Shown here: positions 63,156 to 64,000 of the stretch, piece by piece
Layout of the letters: each line of letters opens with the position of its first letter
Position numbering within the stretch: the stretch's first letter is position 1
Assembly: GCA_965153285.1 (NCBI GenBank)
Contig: OZ229110.1
Source of the DNA: Podarcis tiliguerta
Lineage: Eukaryota
DNA: 64,000 bases
Strand: one strand, 5' to 3'
Notes under the pieces: generated by a model
Databases searched by the model: none
Seen by the model: only the letters and a program-made list of their open reading frames with translations
Told to the model about the DNA's origin: nothing
Translations under genes and position numbers: made by a program

Positions 63156-64000
63156 AACCACCTGGCTGCCAGGGCTGTTGAGAGAGGAGTAAAATCAGAG
63201 ATGATGGTGTAGAAAGAGTTCAAGGTTCCATAGCAGCCTTGTTCTAAGAGTCACAGGGGAATCCTGGCAGCTATTTTGCAGCCTGGCCAATGTCAGCACA
63301 CAGTAGAGTAACTGTTAAACCTCCAAAGAGAAAAACAACAACAACTATGGAGTTAATATGAATGAATTATGGGTCCACTACCACCTCCCCAACCCCAGCC
63401 ATTCCAGGTTCTATGTAAACATTGATTTGACACTGCTCAAAGGGCCTGTGTAGTAGGAATCTTTTAAATAAAGATGCAGCTAGTGTCTATCCAAGTGGAA
63501 AGGGCATCATGACCCTGTTTGGTCTCAAATGAAAACAAAATCTCATTCACACTCCAGTTTTATAGCCGCTAGACTCTTCAGTGCCAACCTCTGTCCAACT
63601 CGATGCCAAGTCCACAAGCACTTAACAGTTTTCAGTGCCAAGGCTTAACCCTGAGAGAATCAACAATAGAGAACACGTGTAGAATGTATTTCCTTTCCAA
63701 CTGAAGTGAGCTGGGGAGTCCCTCGCTGGAAAGAGTTGTGCAAACAAGGCCTTTGTCTCATACTGGGTGACCACCTCAGTGGTACACTCAGCTTTGGAAA
63801 GCTAAACTCCAGTACATTGATTTAGTGGACGCTAACATGTGCCCAGCACCATGCCTAACTGAGTACCGGCGACTAAAGAAACTGGCCCATCTTTTGTATC
63901 TGTCACGGCAAACTTTGATGCTTAAGTCCCAATGGGGAAATGGAGGTAAGAGCTCGCTCATGCATTATGACGTATTAGCAAACACCTGTTACATACTCCA

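Noticed and set aside
62807-63223. ORFs spanning N runs (also 43241-43588)
   Set aside because: Artefacts of assembly gaps.

Overview
Vertebrate (squamate, probably lacertid lizard, judging by a Sauria SINE and other lizard-type repeats) genomic DNA carrying most of the Hedgehog effector gene GLI2 on the minus strand. I traced 12 coding exons by hand (human-equivalent exons 3-14, 62360 down to the TAA stop at 3522). All have GT-AG junctions with compatible phases, 4463 coding nt in total. They encode the SUFU-binding SYGHL motif, five C2H2 zinc fingers, the DSGVEM degron, the PKA RRxS cluster and the C-terminal activation domain. The first coding exon and promoter lie beyond the right edge. 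A roughly 2.3-kb 3' UTR probably ends near 1215. Introns hold SINEs, L2/CR1 LINE fragments, Tc1/mariner and hAT MITEs, microsatellites, two assembly gaps and several enhancer-like blocks. I found no convincing wholly new biological system. The best leads are in-frame alternative acceptors just before zinc finger 1, nested inverted TE pairs around exons 4-5 (circRNA or skipping), a PUM/miR-101/144 cluster near the distal poly(A) signal, and a possible internal promoter or enhancer next to exon 5.
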